Positions 48,501 to 58,889 of a stretch of DNA of 64,000 nucleotides are shown here, in pieces. The DNA is taken from assembly GCA_015486015.1 (NCBI GenBank), contig WFSL01000024.1, positions 41,780 to 105,779 on the forward strand. Direction: 5' to 3'. This DNA comes from Aquificota bacterium (GTDB taxonomy: Bacteria > Thermosulfidibacterota > Thermosulfidibacteria > Thermosulfidibacterales > B14-G1). A program made the translations under genes and the position numbers. The first letter of the stretch is position 1, and each line of letters opens with the position of its first letter. A model generated the notes under the pieces. The model saw nothing but the letters and a program-made list of their open reading frames with translations. It had not been told where the DNA came from and ran no database searches.

Positions 48501-50942
48501 ATGAGATATATAAAGTGGTTTAGAGAGATCGGCATGGATGATCTACCTCTGGTAGGGGGAAAGAACGCCTCGCTGGGGGAAATGTTTCAGGCCCTTTCGC
48601 CCAAGGGGATTAACATCCCAGGTGGATTCGCTATCACAGTAGATGCGTACTGGGACATCCTTGAGCACAATGAGCTCCGAGAAAGGATAATGGAAATATT
48701 GGAAGGCCTGGATACTTCCGATACTGAGGATCTGGCTGCCAGAGGGAAGAAGGTGAGGGATCTCATCTATTACTCTGACTTCCCCAGGCAACTTACCCAG
48801 GAAATAGAGGAGTCTTACAAGGAGCTATGCCAGGAATACGGACAAGATACGGACGTGGCTGTGAGGTCGTCTGCTACTGCTGAGGATCTTCCGGATGCCT
48901 CTTTCGCTGGGCAGCAGGATACGTATCTCAATATCAAGGGGGTGGAAAAGGTCATAGATGCATGCAAAAAATGTTTTGCTTCCCTATTCACCAATAGGGC
49001 CATATCCTATCGCCATGACAAGGGATTTGATCAGTTTAGTGTAGGGCTCTCTATAGGGATCCAGAAGATGGTTCGCTCTGATCTTGCCTGCAGTGGCGTT
49101 ATGTTCACCATAGATACGGAGAGTGGCTTCAGGGACGTGGTGTACATCACTGCCACTTATGGGTTGGGCGAAGTGTTGGTGCAGGGTGAGGTGAATCCAG
49201 ACGAATACTATGTATTCAAACCTACTCTGGCCCAGGGATATAGGCCTATCATAAGAAAGCAAATGGGAAAGAAACAGGTCAAGATGATCTACTCTGACAA
49301 GGTGGGTACCAAGAGCGTCAAGAAGGTAGCGGTACCGAAGGGAGAGCGGACGCAGTTTGCTTTGAGCGATGAGGAGATCCTTACGCTGGCCAAGTGGGGT
49401 GTGATTATTGAGGAGCATTACTCCCAAAGGGCAGGGACCCCAAGGCCTATGGATGTGGAATGGGCAAAGGACGGTTTACTCAATGAGCTTTTCATCGTGC
49501 AGGCCAGGCCAGAGACGGTCCATTCTCAGAGGAGGATGGACGTGATGGAGACTTACCGGCTAACGGAGACGGGGCGTGTGTTGGTGGAGGGCAAGAGTGT
49601 TGGGGATAAGATCGGCACTGGAAAGGTGAGGGTCATCTCGAGCGTAAAGGAGATGCACAGGTTCCAGCCAGGTGAGATCTTGGTCACAGAGATGACAGAT
49701 CCAGACTGGGAACCCATCATGAAGTTTGCCTCTGCCATTGTGACGGATAAAGGGGGGAGGACCTGCCATGCAGCTATAGTGAGTCGTGAGATGGGGGTTC
49801 CCGCGGTGGTGGGAACAGGGAACGCCACTGAGGTACTCAGCACCGGGCAGGATGTGACAGTTTCTTGTGCAGAGGGTGATGTTGGGCGTGTCTATCAGGG
49901 TATTTTAAAGTACGATGTGGATCGCTTGGATCTTAGGGATATGCCCCGTCCCGATACCCATATTATGATGAACTTAGGCAACCCAGAGGAGGCCTTCAAA
50001 TACTCGTTTATTCCCAATGATGGGGTGGGGCTTGCAAGGTTGGAGTTTATTATCAGTTCCTACATTAAGATCCATCCCTTGGCCCTTGCTTACTTTCACC
50101 GCTTGGAAGAGATTGGGGCCTTGGCAGGGGCCTCCTCTGAGCAGATTGAGGAGCTGAAGAGCACCATAGAGGATCTAACTCAAGGGTATCCCAGGAAGAC
50201 AGAGTACTTTGTGCGCAAGTTGGCGGAGGGTGTAGCCACTATAGCTGCGGGTTTTTATCCCAATGATGTGATCGTGAGGATGAGCGACTTCAAGACTAAT
50301 GAGTACGCCAACCTCATAGGGGGCTTTTTGTTTGAGCCACATGAGCATAATCCTATGCTCGGTTTCCGTGGGGCCAGCCGCTACTATCACCCCAAGTACA
50401 GGGATGGCTTCGCATTGGAGTGCAAGGCCATGAAGGTAGTGAGGGACGAAATGGGGCTTACCAATGTGAAGCTGATGGTCCCTTTCTGCAGGACCCCTGA
50501 AGAGGGTCAAAGGGTGATCAGGGAGATGGAGAAGAACGGTCTGCGTCAGGGTGAGGGGGGTCTTCAGGTGTACGTTATGTGTGAGCTTCCGGTGAACGTG
50601 ATTCTGGCGGATGCCTTTTCTGAGATTTTTGATGGCTTTTCTATAGGGTCTAATGATCTCACCCAGCTGGTTTTGGGGGTAGATAGGGACTCAGAGCTCA
50701 TAGCCGACATATTTGATGAGAGGAATGAGGCGGTAAAGCGTATGATTGCCCAGGTAATCGAGGTGGCACATAAACATAATAGAAAGGTGGGCATCTGCGG
50801 TCAGGCACCCTCTGATTACCCTGAGTTTGCCCAGTTCTTAGTGAAGTGTGGCATTGATAGCATATCTCTGAATCCAGATACGGTACTCAAAGGTACCCTT
50901 ACTATCTTGGAGGCTGAAGGCAAGCTGGTGTTTGAAAAGTGA
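48501..50942 (+). CDS. ppsA: Phosphoenolpyruvate synthase (pyruvate, water dikinase)
   Basis: PPDK N-terminal ATP-grasp, a central phosphohistidine domain (GGRTCHAAIVSREMGVPAVVG) and a C-terminal PEP-utilising TIM barrel (MVPFCRT, GSNDLTQ). Confidence 0.92.
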   Translation: MRYIKWFREIGMDDLPLVGGKNASLGEMFQALSPKGINIPGGFAITVDAYWDILEHNELRERIMEILEGLDTSDTEDLAARGKKVRDLIYYSDFPRQLTQEIEESYKELCQEYGQDTDVAVRSSATAEDLPDASFAGQQDTYLNIKGVEKVIDACKKCFASLFTNRAISYRHDKGFDQFSVGLSIGIQKMVRSDLACSGVMFTIDTESGFRDVVYITATYGLGEVLVQGEVNPDEYYVFKPTLAQGYRPIIRKQMGKKQVKMIYSDKVGTKSVKKVAVPKGERTQFALSDEEILTLAKWGVIIEEHYSQRAGTPRPMDVEWAKDGLLNELFIVQARPETVHSQRRMDVMETYRLTETGRVLVEGKSVGDKIGTGKVRVISSVKEMHRFQPGEILVTEMTDPDWEPIMKFASAIVTDKGGRTCHAAIVSREMGVPAVVGTGNATEVLSTGQDVTVSCAEGDVGRVYQGILKYDVDRLDLRDMPRPDTHIMMNLGNPEEAFKYSFIPNDGVGLARLEFIISSYIKIHPLALAYFHRLEEIGALAGASSEQIEELKSTIEDLTQGYPRKTEYFVRKLAEGVATIAAGFYPNDVIVRMSDFKTNEYANLIGGFLFEPHEHNPMLGFRGASRYYHPKYRDGFALECKAMKVVRDEMGLTNVKLMVPFCRTPEEGQRVIREMEKNGLRQGEGGLQVYVMCELPVNVILADAFSEIFDGFSIGSNDLTQLVLGVDRDSELIADIFDERNEAVKRMIAQVIEVAHKHNRKVGICGQAPSDYPEFAQFLVKCGIDSISLNPDTVLKGTLTILEAEGKLVFEK

Positions 50943-50943
50943 T

Positions 50944-52053
50944 TCAACGTGGTGGTAGCTTCTCTGTCCTTCTCTCTCCTTCGGAAGCGTCTGTGTATTT
51001 CTCCTTGGTAGCGAGAATCTCCTCAAGGGCCTTGAAGAATGCCTTTACCACAAGGGGGTCGAAGTGCTTTCCCTTTGCCTCCTTGATGATGCCGAGTACC
51101 TCTTCTATCTTTATGGCGGGCCTGTAAGCCCGTGGGGAAGTGCATGCGTCGAAAAAGTCGGCTAAGCTACAGATTCTCCCCTCCAGCGGGATCTCTTTAC
51201 CCTTGAGGTTATGGGGATACCCGCTACCATCCCACCGTTCGTGGTGGGTAAGGGCCAATGTTTCTGCCATTTTTAGAACGGGGTGCTCTGAGCCAGAAAG
51301 GATCTTGGCCCCAATGATAGTGTGTTTTTTCATGATTTCGAACTCTTCGGGGCTGAGGGGACCCCTCTTCAGCAGAATGCCATCGGGTATGCCGATCTTT
51401 CCCACATCATGCATAGGGGAGGCATAAAATATCTCCTTCTGTTTTTCTGGAGGTAGCCCTATCTCCCTGGCCAGGATCCTGCAATAGTGGCTCATCCTTT
51501 GGATGTGGGCCCCCGTCTCGTCGTCCCTGAATTCGGCTGCCCTACCAAGGCGATGTATGATCTCTAAATAGGCCTCATCCAATTTCTCATAGGCCCTCTG
51601 GAGTTCCTGGGTCCTCTTTGCCACCTCTGCTTCGAGGATGTTTCTCATACCCTCCAGGTACTCGTTGTATGCCTTTACCTTCAGTAGGTTTTTTAAGCGA
51701 AGGGTGAGCTCAACCCGGTCTATGGGTTTCACCAAGTACTCATCTGCCCCGGCCTCCAAGCCCTTCAGCCTCGATTCCCTGTCCCCCAATGCAGTGACCA
51801 TTACAACAGGGGTGTTAGCCAGTGCTCTTTGTGCCTTCACTGCTTCGCACACCTGGAACCCGCTTATATCCGGGAGCATAACATCTAAGAGGATGATGCT
51901 GGGCTTCTCTTGTTGAGCCTTTTCTATCCCTTCTTTCCCAGTGGAGGCAGTGAGGACGCCGTATCCTAACTGCTTGAGTGTTGCCTCCAATACCATGAGG
52001 TTCATGGGATCATCGTCCACCACGAGTATCTTTGGCTCATGGTTCATCTCCAT
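50944..52053 (-). CDS. Response regulator with HD-GYP phosphodiesterase domain
   Basis: Receiver domain (ILVVDDDPMN...LLDVMLPDISG) plus an HD-GYP domain (HIQRMSHY, MHDVGKIGIPD, HHERWDGSGYP). Confidence 0.88.
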   Translation of the reverse strand: MEMNHEPKILVVDDDPMNLMVLEATLKQLGYGVLTASTGKEGIEKAQQEKPSIILLDVMLPDISGFQVCEAVKAQRALANTPVVMVTALGDRESRLKGLEAGADEYLVKPIDRVELTLRLKNLLKVKAYNEYLEGMRNILEAEVAKRTQELQRAYEKLDEAYLEIIHRLGRAAEFRDDETGAHIQRMSHYCRILAREIGLPPEKQKEIFYASPMHDVGKIGIPDGILLKRGPLSPEEFEIMKKHTIIGAKILSGSEHPVLKMAETLALTHHERWDGSGYPHNLKGKEIPLEGRICSLADFFDACTSPRAYRPAIKIEEVLGIIKEAKGKHFDPLVVKAFFKALEEILATKEKYTDASEGERRTEKLPPR

Positions 52054-52427
52054 CCCCCACTCGTATGAACGATGGGACCTCTCCTTATGCTCCATGGGTT
52101 TCTTTTTAATCTTATCACCTCTTCCCCCTCAATCTGAGCCTCCTTTAATTATTTCAGAGGGCCCTATTCCTTCAACCCAAATCGGGGCGGTGTTCTCCTT
52201 TCTTTCGTAGGGGTCTCAATCGCAGCGGAGGGGACCGGATCTATTTTGACTCATTTTTATATATTAATAACAAAAAGGGAGGTGAGCTTAGTCCGGTCTA
52301 AATAGGATAAATTGAGTGGGAGTGTGAACACAAATTACACATTTTCCCCCAATTGCCAACTGTTGTTTATGTTGTTATAGGAATGAAACCGTTTAAAGGA
52401 TGGAATGGGATTACGTAAGGGGACGTT

Positions 52428-53072
52428 ATGATTAAAGTGATAATAGTAGATGATCACACCTTGTTTAGGGAAGGACTTAGAAGAATGCTTCAGTTGGAGG
52501 ATGACATTGAGGTAGTGGGAGAGGCAGAGGAGGGACTCAAGGCTTTAGGTTTAGCAAAGGTTTATCATCCTGATGTGGCTTTTATAGATATTGCCCTTCC
52601 AGGGCTCAATGGTTTGAAGGTGACCAAGCTTATCAAGGAATCTTTTCCCGATATTAAGGTAATCATCCTTTCTGTTTATGAGCGCATAGATTATATAAGA
52701 GATGCTCAGAAATTTGGGGCCTCTGCTTACCTGGATAAGGATGTTTCTTCTCAGGTGCTTCTGGATGTTTTGAGAAGGGTTGCAAAAGGGGAGACCTACT
52801 TTCCTCAGCTTGGTGAGGCCAGGGGAAAGAGGAAGGGGTTAACGCCGAGGGAGAAGGAAGTGGTGAAGTTTATCGCATTGGGTAAGACCAGTAAGGAGAT
52901 TGCTCAGATATTGGGTCTTAGTGTAAAGACAGTGAACACTCATAGAAACAACATTATGAGGAAGTTGGAGGTGAGGAACGCTGCAGGTCTGGTGAGGTAT
53001 GCGTTGTTCTCCGGGCTGGTTACCCCCTTCGACCTGGGGGACGAGCAAGAATACGAAAGAAGGCGCAAGTAG
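52428..53072 (+). CDS. LuxR/NarL-family response regulator
   Basis: Receiver domain (IIVDDH...FIDIALPGLNG) and a C-terminal LuxR HTH (LTPREKEVVKFIALGKTSKEIAQILGLSVKTVNTHRNNIMRKL). Confidence 0.88.
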   Translation: MIKVIIVDDHTLFREGLRRMLQLEDDIEVVGEAEEGLKALGLAKVYHPDVAFIDIALPGLNGLKVTKLIKESFPDIKVIILSVYERIDYIRDAQKFGASAYLDKDVSSQVLLDVLRRVAKGETYFPQLGEARGKRKGLTPREKEVVKFIALGKTSKEIAQILGLSVKTVNTHRNNIMRKLEVRNAAGLVRYALFSGLVTPFDLGDEQEYERRRK

Positions 53073-53215
53073 CGTTCCTTTTATTTACGCCCTGCATCTG
53101 GTTGCCGGCTATCGTGTTAACTTGAGGAAGTGGAGAACCCTATAGGTTACTCCATTGACACCCTACGATAGTTCCCCTTAGTATAAAGGCACATTTCTGG
53201 CTTTTAGGGGAAGGG

Positions 53216-54556
53216 ATGCTTTTCGGAGAAGAGTTCCAAGAGATCATTGAGTTGATTAGCAACACCTTGAGTGCCTTTACAACAACCTTTTTCTTGGTAA
53301 AGGACCAAAAGCTGGTCCTGGTAGCCCACCACTCCTTAAGCCAATGGATGAGGTCACCTCTGGCAGTGGATATGGCGGATGCAGGGGTTTTGGCACTCGC
53401 CTTGGAGAAAGGGTCTTTTGTTTCAAGTCATGTGGACAGGCAAGCCTATGAAATCCCTTACTATGATAGTGAGGAGGGTATAAAAGCCTTTATGGCTGTT
53501 CAGGTAGATGGGGGAAAGGGTCTGCTGTGTGTGGATTCTAAGCGTAGTTACAGCTTTACAGAGAAGCACCAGAAGCTGCTCCAGCAGTTTTCCTCTTTTT
53601 TGGGCCGCCTCCTTAATAGGGTGCGTTCACTGAGACCTAAGCTATTGGAAAGTGGGAAGTATCTCCTTCTCACTGAGATGGTACAGCGCTTGGTGCCTCC
53701 CCCTTCGGGGTTTGAAGAGCTTCAGGCCGCCTTTTCTCAGATTGTTCAGGAGATGGGCGTTGAGGAGGCGATGGTGCTCTTAGAGAGCAATGGTGCGTTC
53801 ACAGTGGCCTTGAGTCATGGTTCCCTCTCTACAGAGCGTCTCCATTCTGACCTTTCTATCCAGAATACCCCATGGCAGAAGGTGTGGACCACTGGAGACC
53901 CCTTAGTAGTGAGGGACCCGAGGGGTGTTCCTTACATAGTGGGGCTTCGGAAAGATGCATGTTCTTCTCTGCTTGTTGTACCTATGAAAGGCGTCTCTGG
54001 TATGCTTGGGATGGCATCGAAGGACCCAAGGGGGCTCACTGTTGAGGTACTGGATCTGGCCACACTGCTTTCCACCCTTTTGGAGATGGCTGTGAGAGAG
54101 CTGAAGGGCAAACCTCATAGGTCTATGGCCCTCAACTCTTTGGATTTCTTTCGTGGCCTGGAGACGGCACTTGAGGAGGCTACTTTCACAGGCGCATCTG
54201 TGCTATTGGTGGGGTGCAGGGTGAAGAACCTGGAGGATTTAGACAAAAAATGGGGCCTTAAGGAGTCTGAGGAGTTGCTCAGGGAACTCCAGGATGAGTT
54301 TGTTCGAAATCTTGGCGCCCCTGTTTGTCTATTTAGGGGACATGTCCTTATGGGTTACAAGGTTCATAGAGACAGAAAAAGGTTGGAGGCTGAAGGAAAG
54401 GCCATGGAGAAGAATCTGCCACTTAACGGGAGCAAGGCCGTCGTAAGGGTGGTTTGGAGGCTCTCCTCTCCTTCCCGCAGGGTGAAGGGTGAGGATTTGA
54501 TTATGGATATGCTAAGGGAGCTCCACTCCACTAAGGGCATCTTGGGGCTCAGGTGA
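53216..54556 (+). CDS. GAF-domain protein with a C-terminal degenerate GGDEF-like domain
   Basis: Two GAF-like segments (the second is MVLLESNGAFTVALSHG...LVVPMKGVSGMLGMA). The C-terminal region has GGDEF-domain architecture (SLDFFRGLE...LLVGCRVKNLEDLDKKWG...) but the GG(D/E)EF motif is replaced by RGHVLMGY. Confidence 0.5.
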   Translation: MLFGEEFQEIIELISNTLSAFTTTFFLVKDQKLVLVAHHSLSQWMRSPLAVDMADAGVLALALEKGSFVSSHVDRQAYEIPYYDSEEGIKAFMAVQVDGGKGLLCVDSKRSYSFTEKHQKLLQQFSSFLGRLLNRVRSLRPKLLESGKYLLLTEMVQRLVPPPSGFEELQAAFSQIVQEMGVEEAMVLLESNGAFTVALSHGSLSTERLHSDLSIQNTPWQKVWTTGDPLVVRDPRGVPYIVGLRKDACSSLLVVPMKGVSGMLGMASKDPRGLTVEVLDLATLLSTLLEMAVRELKGKPHRSMALNSLDFFRGLETALEEATFTGASVLLVGCRVKNLEDLDKKWGLKESEELLRELQDEFVRNLGAPVCLFRGHVLMGYKVHRDRKRLEAEGKAMEKNLPLNGSKAVVRVVWRLSSPSRRVKGEDLIMDMLRELHSTKGILGLR

Positions 54557-55593
54557 TGGGGTTTTTATCAAGAATTGTGGAGAGGTTTTCTATCCCATCA
54601 TCGAGAGATCTGGCAATGGATCTGGGTACGGCTAATACCCTCATATATGTGAAAGGTGAGGGTATTGTGCTGAATGAACCCTCCTTTATCGCTATCAACA
54701 TCCAGACAGGCTCCATCCATGCGGTGGGAATGGAGGCCAAGGTCATGTGGGGCCGGGCACCTAAGGAGATCAAGATTCACCGTCCCATAAGAGATGGGGT
54801 TATAAATGATATGGAGCCTGCACAGCTTATGATTAAGCACTTTATTAGTAAAAGCCTCTCTCGAGTGAGGATTCTGAAGCCTCGTTTTGCAATTTGTGTC
54901 CCCTCTGGCATCACCCAGGTTGAGATGAAAGCGGTTATAGATGCCGCGCTTCAATGTGGTGCAAGGAAGGTTTACCTCATTGAGGAGCCTATGGCTGCTG
55001 CCATTGGTGCTGGGCTGGAAGTGGAAAGGCCCCAGGGGTTCATGGTGGTGGATATAGGGGGTGGTACCACAGACGTGGCTGTAATATCCATGGGTGCTGT
55101 GGCTAACAGCCAATCAGCAAGGGTGGCTGGGGATGAGATGGACAAGGCCATTGTGCAGTATGTAAAGGAGCATCACCATATGATCATTGGGGATTTGGAG
55201 GCTGAGGAGGTGAAGATCCAGGTGGGCTCTGTCTACCCCCAGGGTGAGGATTCATATCCAGTTAGGGGAAGGGACCTGGTGAGGGGGGTGCCAAGGGAGA
55301 TCCATATCACTGGAAGCCAGGTGGCCGAGGCCATAAAGGAACCCCTCCATCAAATACTGGATATCATCAGGGAGGTCTTTGATGAAACCAGCCCTGAACT
55401 CCAGTCAGATATTCATAGAGGCGGCATCTTTCTTACCGGCGGTGGATCCCTGATTCAAGGGATGGATCGGTACATTGAAGAGTGCATAGGAGTGCCTGTG
55501 AGAAAGGTGGAGGATCCGCTCACCAGTGTGGTGAAGGGGGCTGGCAGGGCATTAGAGGAGTTTAAGCGTTTTAGGAACGCCTTCATTGCTTAG
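54553..55593 (+). CDS. mreB: Rod-shape-determining actin homologue MreB
   Basis: [34 protein letters not shown] and [10 protein letters not shown] signatures. No mreC/mreD follow. Confidence 0.9.
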   Translation: MMGFLSRIVERFSIPSSRDLAMDLGTANTLIYVKGEGIVLNEPSFIAINIQTGSIHAVGMEAKVMWGRAPKEIKIHRPIRDGVINDMEPAQLMIKHFISKSLSRVRILKPRFAICVPSGITQVEMKAVIDAALQCGARKVYLIEEPMAAAIGAGLEVERPQGFMVVDIGGGTTDVAVISMGAVANSQSARVAGDEMDKAIVQYVKEHHHMIIGDLEAEEVKIQVGSVYPQGEDSYPVRGRDLVRGVPREIHITGSQVAEAIKEPLHQILDIIREVFDETSPELQSDIHRGGIFLTGGGSLIQGMDRYIEECIGVPVRKVEDPLTSVVKGAGRALEEFKRFRNAFIA

Positions 55594-56243
55594 CGATGGC
55601 GATTCACCCCTATCTTGGGGCATATATCCTCCAAAGGGCAGCGGCTGCAGAAGGGCGATAGTGGTCTGCACACATTTTGGCCGAATGCTACTAATAGGTC
55701 ATTGATCCTCTGCCAATACGGGGATGGAAGTTTCTTCCTCAGGGCCATCTCAGTCTCTTCAGGGGAGCAGGTCTTTACATATCCCCATCTATTACAAATC
55801 CTGTGTACATGGGTGTCTACGCATATGCCTTGGCTATTGAAGCCTCGGGTAAGTACCAGGTTGGCTGTCTTCCTCCCTACCCCTGGAAGCCTCAGCAGAT
55901 CCTCTATCTTATGGGGTACCCTTCCCTGGTACTCGCTTAGGAGAATGCGGCATATCTCTTTAATGTTATTCGCCTTGGTTCTGTAGAATCCTACAGGGTA
56001 GATGGCCTGGATGATCTGTTCCTTAGAAAGCTTCATCATCTCTTGAGGGGATGTTGCTAAGCTGTAAAGCCTCTGGGAAGCCTCCTTAGCGGTTTTATCT
56101 TGTGTCCTCAGGCTGAGGATACAGGATATCAGTACTTTGAAGGGGTCCTTTCCCTTTCTGGCCATTTCGGTAACCATGGGCTCCTGCCACTCATGGTACT
56201 TCCCCTCCAAGACTTCTATGGCCCTGTGGATGTCAAAACCCAT
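55590..56243 (-). CDS. nth: Endonuclease III
   Basis: HhH-GPD motif ([16 protein letters not shown]) and a C-terminal [4Fe-4S] cluster ([17 protein letters not shown]). Confidence 0.9.
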   Translation of the reverse strand: MGFDIHRAIEVLEGKYHEWQEPMVTEMARKGKDPFKVLISCILSLRTQDKTAKEASQRLYSLATSPQEMMKLSKEQIIQAIYPVGFYRTKANNIKEICRILLSEYQGRVPHKIEDLLRLPGVGRKTANLVLTRGFNSQGICVDTHVHRICNRWGYVKTCSPEETEMALRKKLPSPYWQRINDLLVAFGQNVCRPLSPFCSRCPLEDICPKIGVNRHR

Positions 56244-56249
56244 CGCCCT

Positions 56250-56927
56250 CTATCCCCAGAGCAGCAATGCAGATCCCACTACCGCTGCTGTCTCTGCCCT
56301 TAGGATCCTCGGACCCAGGGTGACGGTCACAAAGCCTTTGGCCTTTAGCAACTCTACTTCCTCCATTTCCCATCCGCCCTCTGGACCTACTACCAGGGCT
56401 TGAGGGCCCTGGGTGAGCCCTCTTGGAAGCCTGCGCCCCTTTTCTCCTTCCCAGAGCATCCATCCTCTTCCCTCGATCAGATTCAGGGCCCTGGGAGGGT
56501 GAATCTGGGGAAGGATAGTCCCACCGCACTGTTTTAGTGCCTCCTTCGCAATGGCTATCCATCTCTCTACCTTTGGGGCCCTGGGTGGTGGGAGGCCTCT
56601 TTTGGTGATCACAGGTACGATCTCGGCTACCCCCAATTCAGTGGCCTTCTGAATCACAAAAGCCATCTTGTCTCTCTTGAGAAGTGCCATGTAGAGGGTA
56701 AGTCTTACAAGGGGTTCTCTCTCTGCTGTCCATCCTACCTCTTGGATCCTCAATGCTCCAGAGGCCATTAGGCAACCCCTTCCTTCCCTACCCTTGCCGT
56801 CTAACACAATTACCTTCTCACCGGGCACCACCCTTCTCACCTTGAGGTGGTGGGATTCCTCCGGAGGGAGAGTTAACTCCTCTCCAGGGGATGGAATATT
56901 CTCTACCATTACCCTAACCACAGACAA
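56250..56927 (-). CDS. rsmE: 16S rRNA (uracil1498-N3)-methyltransferase
   Basis: PUA-like N-domain (HHLKVRRVVPGEKVIVLDGKG) and a SPOUT C-domain (ALVVGPEGGWEMEE...LGPRILRAETAA). Confidence 0.85.
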   Translation of the reverse strand: MSVVRVMVENIPSPGEELTLPPEESHHLKVRRVVPGEKVIVLDGKGREGRGCLMASGALRIQEVGWTAEREPLVRLTLYMALLKRDKMAFVIQKATELGVAEIVPVITKRGLPPPRAPKVERWIAIAKEALKQCGGTILPQIHPPRALNLIEGRGWMLWEGEKGRRLPRGLTQGPQALVVGPEGGWEMEEVELLKAKGFVTVTLGPRILRAETAAVVGSALLLWG

Positions 56928-57031
56928 AATATCCCTTCCACCTCCGCCCTGTTGTGTCTGCTTCGCCTCTCCACTTTCTGGGAAGCCTTTCCAATGCCCC
57001 TTGGCTTTCCTCTCATGGGGTGGATGTCTTG

Positions 57032-57769
57032 CTAATCCTTGGTATCATACATTTTCTCCACCCGGGCCAGGACCAGAAGATGGACCTCCAATGCCCCGCC
57101 CTTTTCCAAGGTTCTCCCTATCTCTGAGGCGGTGGCAAGGGTAGTGGCTACATCGTCGACTATTATGATCCTCTTTCCCCTCACTTCTCCCTTTAAGGCA
57201 AAGGCCCCCTTAATATTCTTCTTCCTCTCCCGGAATGACGACCCTCTCTGGGGAGAGGTATGCCGGATCCTCTTTACTGCCTCCTCCACAGGAACTGAGA
57301 GAAGCTTTCCTGCCAGGCTGCTTAAGAGGGCGGATTGGTTAAACTCCCTTGTCCATTTCCTCCTCCAGTGGAGTGGCACAGGTACCACGAGATGGGGAGA
57401 TATTGCCTCTATCTTTTCCTTTTTAGCCTCCATTGCAGAGATGAAGAGCTCCCTTATCAGCTTCCAAGCGCGATAGCTTCTCCCAAACTTCCAGGAATGA
57501 AGTACCTCCTTCAGGGGCGATCGGTAGGGGTAGAGGGCGATCACCGAATCCAGATGCAGCCTCTTGTCGACGCATGAACCGCAGATGGGCACATCCTGCG
57601 GATATGGTAAGCCACAGCGTTCGCAGCTCCCATCCACAATCTGAATCTTTCTCAAGCATTGGGGGCATAACAGGGATGGAGACGGAACGCCGCACCCCCG
57701 ACACCGGGAGAGGAGGAACCATCCCACTAAGGGGAGCGAGTTGATAAACCCTTTGCCTCTCATGTTCAA
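57032..57769 (-). CDS. comFC: ComF family protein (double zinc ribbon + phosphoribosyltransferase domain)
   Basis: CRGCG...CPQC...CERCG...CGSC zinc ribbons and a C-terminal PRTase motif (RIIIVDDVATTLATASE). Confidence 0.8.
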   Translation of the reverse strand: MNMRGKGFINSLPLVGWFLLSRCRGCGVPSPSLLCPQCLRKIQIVDGSCERCGLPYPQDVPICGSCVDKRLHLDSVIALYPYRSPLKEVLHSWKFGRSYRAWKLIRELFISAMEAKKEKIEAISPHLVVPVPLHWRRKWTREFNQSALLSSLAGKLLSVPVEEAVKRIRHTSPQRGSSFRERKKNIKGAFALKGEVRGKRIIIVDDVATTLATASEIGRTLEKGGALEVHLLVLARVEKMYDTKD

Positions 57770-57813
57770 TAGATTTATAACAAAACCGAGTAGCTCTCCA
57801 AGGGAGGAGGTTT

Positions 57814-58884
57814 ATGAAGATAAAGGATCTCTCTACTTATGACTTGGACAGGAGCTACTATGAGAACTTCCAGAATGGACCAAGGTCTTTGGAGGGGATC
57901 CCTTCTTGGTCTCCAGCGCCTTCATTTTCCTTTTTGGACTTTCGCCTCAACTCCCCCTTGGGGATACCGGCAGGGCTTCTCCTAAACGCTAAGTGGGTAG
58001 AGCTATATGCTTCCTTGGGGTTTGATGTCCTTACCTATAAGACTGTAAGGAGCCGTAGCTATCCTGTCCATCCTTGGCCCAACTGCCTCTTTGTGAAGGT
58101 GGGGATGATGGAACCTCGAGGCCTTCCCCCTTATGTTTTGGCCCCCAGGGACTGGGAGCCCCCATCCCCCAAGCAGGTTACCATCACCAATTCCTTTGGG
58201 ATGCCCAGTCTGGATCCTAAGGGGTGGCAGGAGGATGTGGAACGTGCAAAGGGGGCTCTGAGAGAGGGGCAGCTCCTTATTGTGAGTGTGGCAGGCACCT
58301 TTGAGGATACGCAGAGCAAGCTTGTGGAAGATTTTGTACGGGTAGCCGCTATGGCTATGGAGGCGGGGGCCCCAGCCGTTGAGCTTAACCTCTCCTGTCC
58401 AAATGTGGCTGGTGGGGAAGGGGCCATTTATACTGATGCCGAATTGGCAGGGTGGGTAGTAAGAGAGGTAAAGAGGGTTCTCAATGGGGTTCCCCTGTTC
58501 ATCAAGGTAGGTTTTCTCTTGGGAGAGGAGCTGAGGGAGCTTATGAGATCTGTCGCACCATGGGCAGAAGGGTTAGTGGGCATAAATTCTGTGGCCCTTC
58601 CTGTGTTGGACGATGAGGGAGTGCCCCCGTTGGGACCGGGGAGGGAGGTAAGTGGTGTGTGTGGTTGGGCAATCAGACGGTGTGGCCTTGCCTTTGTACG
58701 GGAGGCTACAGCACTCAAGGAGAGGGAAGGGTATGATTTGGTGATATGCGGTTGCGGAGGGGTGATGGAACCTGCGGATGTTTCAGAGTACATGAATGAG
58801 GGTGTCCAGGTGGTCTTTACCTGTACCGGTGCTATGTTCAATCCCTATCTTGCTCTGGAGTATAAAGGGATAGGGGGCTTATAG
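57814..58884 (+). CDS. Dihydroorotate dehydrogenase-family TIM-barrel flavoprotein (DHOD/DHPD-like)
   Basis: NSPLGIPAG, VELNLSCPN and a C-terminal FMN-binding GGV...VQVVFTCTGAMF. Confidence 0.65.
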   Translation: MKIKDLSTYDLDRSYYENFQNGPRSLEGIPSWSPAPSFSFLDFRLNSPLGIPAGLLLNAKWVELYASLGFDVLTYKTVRSRSYPVHPWPNCLFVKVGMMEPRGLPPYVLAPRDWEPPSPKQVTITNSFGMPSLDPKGWQEDVERAKGALREGQLLIVSVAGTFEDTQSKLVEDFVRVAAMAMEAGAPAVELNLSCPNVAGGEGAIYTDAELAGWVVREVKRVLNGVPLFIKVGFLLGEELRELMRSVAPWAEGLVGINSVALPVLDDEGVPPLGPGREVSGVCGWAIRRCGLAFVREATALKEREGYDLVICGCGGVMEPADVSEYMNEGVQVVFTCTGAMFNPYLALEYKGIGGL

Positions 58885-58889
58885 GTTTA

